From: a bacterium
GTDB taxonomy: Bacteria; Zhuqueibacterota; Zhuqueibacteria; Oceanimicrobiales; Oceanimicrobiaceae
Length of the DNA stretch: 23,408 nucleotides
Direction: 5' to 3'
NCBI GenBank assembly: GCA_046757165.1
Contig: JBHHXT010000064.1
Location: 1-23,408 of the forward strand
Part shown: positions 1 through 7,748 of the stretch, one piece after another
How the letters are laid out: each line of letters starts with the position of its first letter
How positions within the stretch are numbered: position 1 is the stretch's first letter
Notes under the pieces: generated by a model
Databases searched by the model: none
Told to the model about the DNA's origin: nothing
What the model saw: only the letters and a program-made list of their open reading frames with translations
Translations under genes and position numbers: made by a program

Positions 1-49
1 CCGGCAGCAGTTCTTCCAAGATCTCTTTCCAGGAGCTATCCTGTTTCAT
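1..49 (-). CDS. 5' fragment (runs off the window) of a probable Rpn/YhgA-like PD-(D/E)XK putative transposase/nuclease
   Basis: Manual translation from ATG at 49 gives MKQDSSWKEILEELLP; an in-frame GTG lies at 67. It resembles the D-S-x-W-K-E-x-L-E N-terminal motif of Rpn-like proteins. Only 16 codons are visible. Confidence 0.45.
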   Translation of the reverse strand, partial: MKQDSSWKEILEELLP

Positions 50-88
50 CGGAGGCCAGACATTCACAATGTTTGAGCCGCGGAGGTC

Positions 89-1177
89 TCAATAGGGCCG
101 TTGGTAGAATGGCGTCTTGACCACCTGCGCACCCAATCTTTTACCCCGCACGGAGATCGCAATCGGTGTGCCGACTTCATGATGAGGACAGGTGACATAG
201 CCGACGCCAATTCCTCTCTCCAAACTCGGTGAGAATGTTCCACTGGTCACAACTCCGATTTCACTGCCTTCCTTAAAAATCGTGTAACCCTGGCGCGGTA
301 CGGCGCGCTCTTTCATCTCGAAGCCCACCAGCTTACGCGACGGCCCCTGTTGCTTGACTTTCATGATCGCATCGCGGCCGATAAAATCGCCCTTGTCCAC
401 TTTCGTGATCCAGCCCAGCCCTGCCTCGATAGGATTTGTCGTTTCATCGATGTCATTGCCGTAGAGGCAGTATTTCATCTCCAGGCGCAGAGTATCCCGT
501 GCCGCCAAACCGACAGGTTGTATGCCAAACTCCGCGCCCGCCTCCAGGATGGCGTTCCAAACCGTCACAGACCGGTCCGCATCAACACCGACCTCAAAGC
601 CGTCCTCACCCGTATAGCCTGTTCGGGCAATAAATGCCTGCTCACCGGCAATTGTGCCCTCGCGGAACCAGTAGAATTTGATTTCGGACAGATCCAGCTT
701 GGTCAACTTCTGCAGCGTCTTCTCGGCGTTCCGGCCCTGCACGGCGAACAGGCTGATTTCATCGCTGCGGTCTTCCAGCTCAACGCCCTGGATCAAGTTC
801 TGCTTCATCCAATCATAATCTTTCCCACGGTTGGCGGCATTGACAATGGCCATGTAATGGTCGCCAAAGCAATAGACGATCATATCATCGACCATGCCAC
901 CGTGTTCAAAGCACATTCCGGTGTATTGCGCCCGGAATTGCTGCAACCTGGTGACATCGTTTACGGTGATCCTCTGCAGATATTCAGTTGCCCTTTTCCC
1001 CCGAATGAACACTTCCCCCATATGGGACACATCGAAAATTCCGACAGAGTGGCGCACACAAAAATGCTCCTCCTTGATGCCCTTGTATTGCACCGGCATC
1101 AAGTAGCCCGCAAACTCGACAATCTTTGCGCCGAGGTTTTTATGCACATCGTAAAGGGCGGTTTTTTGGGGTTCCAC
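89..1177 (-). CDS. gcvT: Glycine cleavage system aminomethyltransferase T
   Basis: Motifs KTALYDVH, FAGYLMPVQY, FDVSHMGE, RTGYTGEDGFE, GLAARDTLRLE, TSGTFSPSL and C-terminal PFY. GTG start with GGAG SD. Confidence 0.97.
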   Translation of the reverse strand: MEPQKTALYDVHKNLGAKIVEFAGYLMPVQYKGIKEEHFCVRHSVGIFDVSHMGEVFIRGKRATEYLQRITVNDVTRLQQFRAQYTGMCFEHGGMVDDMIVYCFGDHYMAIVNAANRGKDYDWMKQNLIQGVELEDRSDEISLFAVQGRNAEKTLQKLTKLDLSEIKFYWFREGTIAGEQAFIARTGYTGEDGFEVGVDADRSVTVWNAILEAGAEFGIQPVGLAARDTLRLEMKYCLYGNDIDETTNPIEAGLGWITKVDKGDFIGRDAIMKVKQQGPSRKLVGFEMKERAVPRQGYTIFKEGSEIGVVTSGTFSPSLERGIGVGYVTCPHHEVGTPIAISVRGKRLGAQVVKTPFYQRPY

Positions 1178-1209
1178 TCAGCTATCTCCTTTCGGGCGGG
1201 TCATTCGGA

Positions 1210-2373
1210 TTACAGTTTCTGTAAAGCCTCTTGGATCCTGTCCAGGCCGCGCTGGATGTTCTCAATGGAGTTGGCATAGGAAAAACGCAAATATCCGGCG
1301 CCAAATTTGCCGAAGGCCGTGCCACACAACACTGCAACTCCGGCTTCGTGTAACAAATAATGCTCGAGCTCCTGGGCGCTCATCGGGATCTCCTTGACGT
1401 TTGGGAAAGCGTAGAACGCGCCTTTAGGCGTGATACAGCTCATGCCCGGGATTTTGTTCAGCCCCGCCACGATGAAATCACGCCGTTCCCGGAATTTTGC
1501 AACCATAGCATCGACCTCGTCGGTCGGGCCGGTCAGCGCCTCGATGGCAGCATGTTGCGAAAACGTTGCCGTACAAGAGTTGCTGTTGATCATCAGTTTC
1601 TCGACCTTTCTTGCCAGGTCCTCTGGCATCACCCCCCAACCGAGGCGCCACCCCGTCATGGCGTAGGTCTTGGAGAAGCCATCCAGGAGCACTGTTTGCT
1701 CCCGCATGCCGGGCAGCGCGTACAAACTAACGTGCTCCCCCTCATAGATGATGTTCTTGTATACCTCGTCAGTGAGCACGAGAATTCCCCTTTCCCTGGC
1801 GACTTCTGCAACAACCTCGATGTCCGCTCGCGTCAAAACACCACCGGTCGGATTTGCCGGGGTGTTGATAATGATCAGTTTGGTCCGGTCGCTGACGAGG
1901 GAGCGGAATTCGTCCGGATCGAAACGGAAATCTTTTTCTTCCAGCAGTGGCAGCGGCACAGGCGTGCCGCCGACGAAATTGATGACGGATTCATAGATTG
2001 GGAAGCCTGGATTCGGGTAAATGACTTCATCGCCTTGCTCGATGCAGGCCGTGATGACGAAATACATAATGGGCTTGGCGCCAGGGGTCACCACCACTTC
2101 CTCCACTCTCGGACGAACCCCCCGGCGTTTGGCCACTTCCTCGACAATGGCCTGCCGCAGCGGCAAAATGCCAGCCGCCGCGCAATAGTGCGTTTCTCCC
2201 CGGCGTAGAGCTGCAACGCCCGCCTCAACAATGTGCTTCGGTGTCGGAAAGTCCGGTTCGCCGATTTGCAAGTAAACGACCTCTTTTCCCGCGGCCTCAA
2301 CGGCCCTGGCCTTGGCCATCACTTCGAAAGCAGTCTCCGTCCCTAAACGTTGGATCCTGTTGGCAAACTTCAT
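1210..2373 (-). CDS. PLP-dependent class I/II aminotransferase (aspartate aminotransferase-like), 387 aa
   Basis: Motifs IGEPDFPTP, TPGAK, INTPANPTG, DEVY, SKTYAMTGWRLG (PLP lysine), GAFY and LRFSYA. Start set to ATG 2373 (MKFANRI), which has a GGAG SD; the longer ORF runs through the promoter. Confidence 0.93.
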   Translation of the reverse strand: MKFANRIQRLGTETAFEVMAKARAVEAAGKEVVYLQIGEPDFPTPKHIVEAGVAALRRGETHYCAAAGILPLRQAIVEEVAKRRGVRPRVEEVVVTPGAKPIMYFVITACIEQGDEVIYPNPGFPIYESVINFVGGTPVPLPLLEEKDFRFDPDEFRSLVSDRTKLIIINTPANPTGGVLTRADIEVVAEVARERGILVLTDEVYKNIIYEGEHVSLYALPGMREQTVLLDGFSKTYAMTGWRLGWGVMPEDLARKVEKLMINSNSCTATFSQHAAIEALTGPTDEVDAMVAKFRERRDFIVAGLNKIPGMSCITPKGAFYAFPNVKEIPMSAQELEHYLLHEAGVAVLCGTAFGKFGAGYLRFSYANSIENIQRGLDRIQEALQKL

Positions 2374-2425
2374 CGCTCTATCTCCGGCGTAATTTGTGAA
2401 TATATAAATGTTAATGGGTCGAAAA

Positions 2426-2454
2426 AAGATAACAAAAAAAACTGCAAGAGTCAA
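2426..2454 (-). promoter_or_regulatory. sigma70 promoter for aminotransferase-gcvT
   Basis: TTGACT (2454-2449), 17 bp spacer, TATCTT (2431-2426), with an extended -10 TG; about 50 bp upstream of the ATG. Confidence 0.7.
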
Positions 2455-2592
2455 TCCCAAATATAGGTCGTGCTCTTGAGCCGCGGGCACGTCCGGTGGA
2501 CTTGCGTGGATGAAGAAAAGATAGATGGGAATTCGGGCATTGCATCTGAACCTGCGCACATTCGGCAAGGATTTCTTGTCAGGTCAAAGCAG

Positions 2593-2610
2593 CTGCTCGT
2601 CAACGAGCAG
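2593..2610 (-). terminator. Hairpin downstream of rseP, possible weak terminator or processing stem
   Basis: Inverted repeat CTGCTCG-N4-CGAGCAG about 30 bp after the rseP stop; the U-tract is poor. Confidence 0.3.
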
Positions 2611-2641
2611 GGCGCGGTCCTGGCCCCGGTTGTCTGTTCAG

Positions 2642-3700
2642 CTAAAAGTCCAGCTTGCCCCACCGCCAGCGTGTCACATCGTTTATCAAGATAAAGACCA
2701 TTAGCGCCAGCAAAAAAGCTATGCCAATTTTCTGAATAAAAAGCCGGGTCTTGCTCGGCAAAGGCTTGCGCATCACCCCCTCGATCAACAACAGCACCAG
2801 ATGCCCGCCATCCAACACTGGAAAGGGCAGCATATTGAAGAAGGCCAGGTTTAGACTGATCAGCGCCGTCGTCGCCAGGAGCACATCAAACCCACGTTTG
2901 GCGCTTTCGCCAGCGAATTTGGCAATGGCGATAGGGCCTCCAACCGCGTTCCGGAATGACTCCTTGCCCGTAAGAATCAGTTTCAAGACCTGAGCAGTCA
3001 TCTTCAATACGGTGTAGGAAGAAATCACACCATGTTCTAGCGACTCAGAGAACGTCGCCGGCCGGTAATCAAATATCGGAGCAATACCGATGCGACCTTT
3101 GTTGTCCGGCTGCAGTTCGGGTGTGACTTTGGCGGACATGGTTTCGTCGCCGCGGCGCCACTCGAGATCGACTTCCACCTGCGGGCTGGCGTGAAGGATG
3201 GTTGTCAGATCCTGCCAGGTGTCAACGGTCTGTCCGCTGACGATGGTGATCACATCCCCCGCTTGCAGACCGATAGCCTCGGCCGGCGTGCCGTTGAGCA
3301 CCTGACCAACCGCCGTCGTTTCGCTAGCGTGCGGGAGCCCGGTGAAATAAGTGATCCCCGTGTAGATCACGACCGCCAGGACAATATTCATGAAGGAACC
3401 GGCCGAGATCACGATAATTCGCTGCCAGACCGGTTTGGAAGCAAACTCCCATGAGGCGCCGGTGATGGTGTCATCCATGGTTTCATCGATCATGCCAGCC
3501 ATCTTGACGTAGCCGCCTACGGGCACCCAGGAGATGCAGTAATCGGTATCGCCATACTGGAAACCAAATGCTCTGGGCGGAAATCCGAGCGAAAAGCGCT
3601 CCACCTTGATGCCAACCATCTTTGCGGTGATGAAATGGCCAAGTTCGTGCACGAAGATCAAAACCCCGAGGACGAAAGCGAGGGACAGCAAGAAAGTCAT
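2642..3700 (-). CDS. rseP: RIP intramembrane zinc metalloprotease RseP (M50) with one PDZ domain
   Basis: HELGH zinc motif, FSLGF, PVGGYVKM, PDZ segment (PAEAIGLQAGDVI), GGPIAI and NMLPFPVLDGG. GAGG SD. Confidence 0.95.
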   Translation of the reverse strand: MTFLLSLAFVLGVLIFVHELGHFITAKMVGIKVERFSLGFPPRAFGFQYGDTDYCISWVPVGGYVKMAGMIDETMDDTITGASWEFASKPVWQRIIVISAGSFMNIVLAVVIYTGITYFTGLPHASETTAVGQVLNGTPAEAIGLQAGDVITIVSGQTVDTWQDLTTILHASPQVEVDLEWRRGDETMSAKVTPELQPDNKGRIGIAPIFDYRPATFSESLEHGVISSYTVLKMTAQVLKLILTGKESFRNAVGGPIAIAKFAGESAKRGFDVLLATTALISLNLAFFNMLPFPVLDGGHLVLLLIEGVMRKPLPSKTRLFIQKIGIAFLLALMVFILINDVTRWRWGKLDF

Positions 3701-3745
3701 TTAGAACCTCTCGAGTTTCATGAACCGGAATCTAAAAACCTCTTC

Positions 3746-4903
3746 TTATTCATATTTATCGGAGATATATTCTCGCGCCGAACGGTCGACTTCTAAGAGC
3801 TCATCCACGCCTAAACAGCCATTCGTGGTACAATGGGCAAGGGCATCCTCGACCAGGGCGTGAATTTGATCGAACCGAATCTTCTCTTGCAAAAACAAGT
3901 GCACGGCTTGTTCGTTTGACGCATTCAAGACCGCGGGCGCGGCCCCCCCCTGCTCAAGGGCCTGGACCGAGAGCTTCAGGCAAGGGAACTTATCGAGATC
4001 AGGCGGTTCGAAGGTCAGTTCTCGCACCTGCTGAAAATCCAGGCACGGAAACCGTGCCGGCATCCGCCCCGGGAACGTCAGGGCATATTGAATCGGGACA
4101 CGCATGTCCGGCAAACCGAGTTGCGCCTTCAGGGAGCCGTCTCGAAACTCCACCAGGCTGTGGATGATCGACTGCGGATGCACCACCACTTCGATCTGCC
4201 GCGGCTCGAGATTGAACAGCCAGCGCGCCTCGATGACCTCCAGTCCCTTGTTCATCATCGTTGCGGAGTCGATCGTGATCTTCGGTCCCATGTCCCAGTT
4301 GGGATGGTCGAGTGCTTCGGCAACCGTAATGGTGCAAAACTCGCTGGCCGCTCGCTGTCGAAACGGTCCGCCGGAAGCGGTCAAAATGACCTTGCGAATA
4401 TGCTCAACCTGCTCTCCGATGAGACATTGCAGCAGCGCGCTGTGCTCGCTGTCGATAGGGATGACCTCTGCACCAACCTTGCGGGCTTTCTCCATCACCA
4501 GCTCCCCGCCGACTACCAGAGTCTCCTTGTTGGCCAAGGCGATGCGGCGACCGGGGAGAATCGCATGCAACGTTGGCTGCAACCCCACAGCCCCGACCAG
4601 CGCATTGACGACAATATCGACATCCTCTTGTCTGCTGATTTCAAGCAGGCCGTCGAGGCCACCATAAACTGCCACCCCGATCTCTTTGAATCGTTGCTCA
4701 CAGGCCCTGACCTTTTCCTTGTCAAAAATGGCAACAGCTTGCGGTCGAAACTTGTTGGCCTGCTGCAACAGAAGCTGGGTGTTTTGATAGGTCGTTAAGT
4801 AGCGCACCTCAAAGGCGTGCGACTGACTTTGTACGACGCTCAGGCAGTTTTGCCCAATCGAACCCGTGGAGCCGAGTATGCAGACTCTTTTCATTTTCTT
4901 CAT
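3746..4903 (-). CDS. dxr: 1-deoxy-D-xylulose-5-phosphate reductoisomerase
   Basis: Motifs LGSTGSIG, ALANKE, PIDSEH, LTASGGPFR, HPNWDMGPKITIDSATMMNKGLE and HPQSIIHS. Alternative start at 4894. Confidence 0.97.
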   Translation of the reverse strand: MKKMKRVCILGSTGSIGQNCLSVVQSQSHAFEVRYLTTYQNTQLLLQQANKFRPQAVAIFDKEKVRACEQRFKEIGVAVYGGLDGLLEISRQEDVDIVVNALVGAVGLQPTLHAILPGRRIALANKETLVVGGELVMEKARKVGAEVIPIDSEHSALLQCLIGEQVEHIRKVILTASGGPFRQRAASEFCTITVAEALDHPNWDMGPKITIDSATMMNKGLEVIEARWLFNLEPRQIEVVVHPQSIIHSLVEFRDGSLKAQLGLPDMRVPIQYALTFPGRMPARFPCLDFQQVRELTFEPPDLDKFPCLKLSVQALEQGGAAPAVLNASNEQAVHLFLQEKIRFDQIHALVEDALAHCTTNGCLGVDELLEVDRSAREYISDKYE

Positions 4904-5725
4904 CTACCAGAGGCTGACGCCGAGTCCCAGATCAAAAGTATTGAACTCGCTAAAGCTGTACGAGGCATTGACATGCAGCAATGGAAAGGGCTTGACTGTA
5001 GCGCCGATCGTGAAATGGGCCTCGCTGCCACTGAACCTCTTGCCGCCCAGGTCTGGAAACAACGGAAGGTCTTCATCCAGTTTCAGGCGGGTGAGATCGA
5101 TACCACCAGCCACATAAACCGTGAAAATCGGCAAGGATTGGCTGGCCACCGCTTTCAGGCTGAAGGTACTGACCGTGCCAAAATCGAACTCCTCTGGCAC
5201 GAACAGAGCATGATAGGCAGCGAGCAACATCACTTTTGGCAAACCCGGCAGTTGCACCAGGCCATACTTCAAGCCACCGCCGATAAGCGTCACCCCGCCT
5301 CGGCTGTCAGCCGCCCTCGGCGGATCCAGCGTCACGTCTGAGTCGCTTCCCAAAGGGAAGTAGAAAAAACGCCCCGTCAACTCAAAGCGTCCCGGCAGGC
5401 CCAGGCTGCCATGCAAGAAAGCTAATCCGATCCTGTTTTCATCATCAAAAACTGGCACCGATTCAAACTCATCGGGAATGGTAGCCACAATGCCGCGCAA
5501 ACCGACATCCAGGCCGCCGAAATCGTGCAGATCCGCGGTGTGATACATGCCGCCACCGACAAAGGAGCTGAAAAACTTCAGCACCGTTTCGACCGCGTCC
5601 TCGACATCCTGTTCGCTCGCGTACGCCTGGCGATTGTCAAACCGAAAGTACTGAGCAGTTGCAGCTGGAATCATACAAAACAGCAAAACAAAAGCAAAAA
5701 CAGCCCGACATAAATTAGCTTTCAT
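4904..5725 (-). CDS. Predicted outer-membrane beta-barrel protein, DUF6588-like
   Basis: Signal peptide (ATA-Q), amphipathic beta strands and a C-terminal beta-signal (LGLGVSLW). The GGMYHTADLHDFGGLDVG segment resembles the DUF6588 N-terminal motif from memory. GGAGG SD. Confidence 0.6.
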   Translation of the reverse strand: MKANLCRAVFAFVLLFCMIPAATAQYFRFDNRQAYASEQDVEDAVETVLKFFSSFVGGGMYHTADLHDFGGLDVGLRGIVATIPDEFESVPVFDDENRIGLAFLHGSLGLPGRFELTGRFFYFPLGSDSDVTLDPPRAADSRGGVTLIGGGLKYGLVQLPGLPKVMLLAAYHALFVPEEFDFGTVSTFSLKAVASQSLPIFTVYVAGGIDLTRLKLDEDLPLFPDLGGKRFSGSEAHFTIGATVKPFPLLHVNASYSFSEFNTFDLGLGVSLW

Positions 5726-6557
5726 GGTTCCCTCCCAAGTTAGAGTACTTAGGTATCAGCTCGTTTATCCGTCTCAGCTCCCGTTCTGTTAGGCGGTCCG
5801 GACACAACCTCACACCAAAAACTTGCTGGAAGCCGGCGTGTAAACTCGAAACAACCTCCTCGTATCGAACAGTGCGCGCCAGTACGCGCTCAACAGAAAT
5901 GGTTTTGCCGCTTAATTCCTTCTGTAAGTGATAAAAGCCATGGGCAGTGCTCGTTGGCGCTTCGCAGGACGGTGTCAGGTAATCTGTCAGGTGCATGTGG
6001 TCATCCCCGAGCATGATCGACCCGTGCTGCAATAAGCCATTCTTGAATCGACGTTGCGCGCTGCCAACGAGCTTTCTTGACTGCACGTGAATTTCGTACT
6101 GTGCAGAAGTGGCGAAGCAAGCAGATTTACTAGGGGTGTTGGCAAAGTCCGCATCGTCCTGTTGTACCTTCTCTAGTGCCAGGTCGATATCCAGGCGCCG
6201 CAAACCCTGGACAAGGGCGCTGCTGATGATGTCATAAACCTCGAGCGTACTTTTGTTGTACAACTCATCGTTTTTGGGAACAACGACACAGTAGGTGACT
6301 TCGTGCGCGTGGTAAATGGCGCGCCCGCCTGTGGGGCGGCGAACAATGTCAATGCCCCTGAGTTGGCATTTGTTCTTATCTATTTCGGAGAGTCTCTGAT
6401 GAAATCCGATTGAAATTGTGGGTGGACACCATGTATACGTTCTCAGAACGGGCCGGTTCTGGCCGAGCCGTGCTAACGCTGCGTCCGTGGCCATGTTGAA
6501 GGCACCGTCATTGGCACCGGTATCGAGGAAGCGCCAAACTCTTGTTTCGTCATCCAA
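5715..6557 (-). CDS. lipM: Lipoate-protein ligase A family, single domain; likely LipM-type octanoyltransferase
   Basis: Motifs NMATDAAL, VRRPTGGRAIYH, CF...YEI....RKLVGSAQRR and LQHGSI. Cys147 and Lys162 are 15 residues apart, as C150/K165 are in B. subtilis LipM. No LplA C-terminal domain. TTG start. Confidence 0.75.
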   Translation of the reverse strand: MDDETRVWRFLDTGANDGAFNMATDAALARLGQNRPVLRTYTWCPPTISIGFHQRLSEIDKNKCQLRGIDIVRRPTGGRAIYHAHEVTYCVVVPKNDELYNKSTLEVYDIISSALVQGLRRLDIDLALEKVQQDDADFANTPSKSACFATSAQYEIHVQSRKLVGSAQRRFKNGLLQHGSIMLGDDHMHLTDYLTPSCEAPTSTAHGFYHLQKELSGKTISVERVLARTVRYEEVVSSLHAGFQQVFGVRLCPDRLTERELRRINELIPKYSNLGGNHES

Positions 6558-6563
6558 TCCTGT

Positions 6564-7031
6564 TTACCTATCCATAATTGCAGCCGACACTTGTGCTTCA
6601 CAAGCGAGCTTGCCATCCACCAACGCCTTTCCTTTCATCCAAAAAATGGCGCGGCGTGTTTTCAAAAGCTCCACTTCAAAGCGCAGTTGATCGCCGGGTA
6701 CCACGGGCTTTCTAAACTTGGCCTTTTCAATGCCGGTAAAGTAGACCAGTTTGTCTTTGTGACCCGTTACCGAATCGAGCAGCATCATGCCTCCCGTCTG
6801 CGCCATGGCCTCCAGGATAAGCACCCCCGGCATGATCGGCTGCCCGGGAAAGTGGCCTGCAAAAAAGGGCTCATTCACGGTGACATTCTTGATGCCGACG
6901 ACGCGCTGCATCGGCTCCAGCTCAATAATTCTGTCCACCAGGAGAAACGGATAGCGGTGCGGCAAAATGTTTTGAATTGCAACAACATCCAGGACAACCT
7001 GCGGCTCATCCGCTCTTTCGGTTCCTTCCAT
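6564..7031 (-). CDS. fabZ: 3-hydroxyacyl-ACP dehydratase
   Basis: Motifs [42 protein letters not shown] and [11 protein letters not shown]. Confidence 0.97.
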   Translation of the reverse strand: MEGTERADEPQVVLDVVAIQNILPHRYPFLLVDRIIELEPMQRVVGIKNVTVNEPFFAGHFPGQPIMPGVLILEAMAQTGGMMLLDSVTGHKDKLVYFTGIEKAKFRKPVVPGDQLRFEVELLKTRRAIFWMKGKALVDGKLACEAQVSAAIMDR

Positions 7032-7137
7032 TCTCTCTCTCTACTTCCAGATGACCATAAAACAAAGGTGTTATCCAGCACAAGAAACTGAACAACACCC
7101 TGAGTTTGCCTGCGCGTTTTCCGGAAATGAAGCGCTG

Positions 7138-7713
7138 TTATTTGCCCTGTTTCGCTTGCGCATCCGTTTTCGGGAGCCCCTTGTTTAGCTCATCGAGGAG
7201 CTGGCCGGTCAAATCAGGTTGGTCTTTCGCGGCATATAGAATGTTTGCCGCCACCGTGTCAAAAATGTAGGTGTACCCTCCGGCTTCCCCGATTTTCTGA
7301 ATCGCTTTGTTGATCTTGTCGTAAACCGGTTGGATGAGCTCAACTTCCTTCTTGACGGCCTCGCCGCCCTGCGGATTCCACTTTTCCTGCAAAAACTGCT
7401 GGTACTTGATATAAAGATTCTGAATTTCTTGCTGCTTGGCAGCTTTTCTTTCTTCGCTCAAGAGGAGACTCTGGGATTCCACTTGCTCCTGCAACGTCTG
7501 AATCTCTTTTTGCATGTCTCGGGCTTCCTGTTCCCACTGTGCGTTCAATTCCTGCAATTGCTTCCGAACGTCAATAGCATCTTTGAAGGATTCAAGAATC
7601 TTGTTGGAGTTGACGTAGCCGATCTTGAGCTGGCCAAACACTGGGTTTACCGCCAGACTGAACAGACAAATGCTGAAAAGCAAAAATGAAGCTAACAATT
7701 TGGTTGGTTTCAC
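7138..7713 (-). CDS. skp: OmpH/Skp periplasmic chaperone
   Basis: Signal peptide, then QLKIGYVN, a long Q/E/K coiled coil and GYTYIFD...ILYA...DLT. GTG start with GGAGG SD; directly follows bamA. Confidence 0.93.
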   Translation of the reverse strand: MKPTKLLASFLLFSICLFSLAVNPVFGQLKIGYVNSNKILESFKDAIDVRKQLQELNAQWEQEARDMQKEIQTLQEQVESQSLLLSEERKAAKQQEIQNLYIKYQQFLQEKWNPQGGEAVKKEVELIQPVYDKINKAIQKIGEAGGYTYIFDTVAANILYAAKDQPDLTGQLLDELNKGLPKTDAQAKQGK

Positions 7714-7748
7714 GTTTGACCTCCATTTATGTTTGAGAAAGACGGCTT

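Noticed and set aside
2374..2568. N-terminal extension of the aminotransferase ORF
   Set aside because: It spans the AT-rich promoter; family similarity and the SD begin at ATG 2373.
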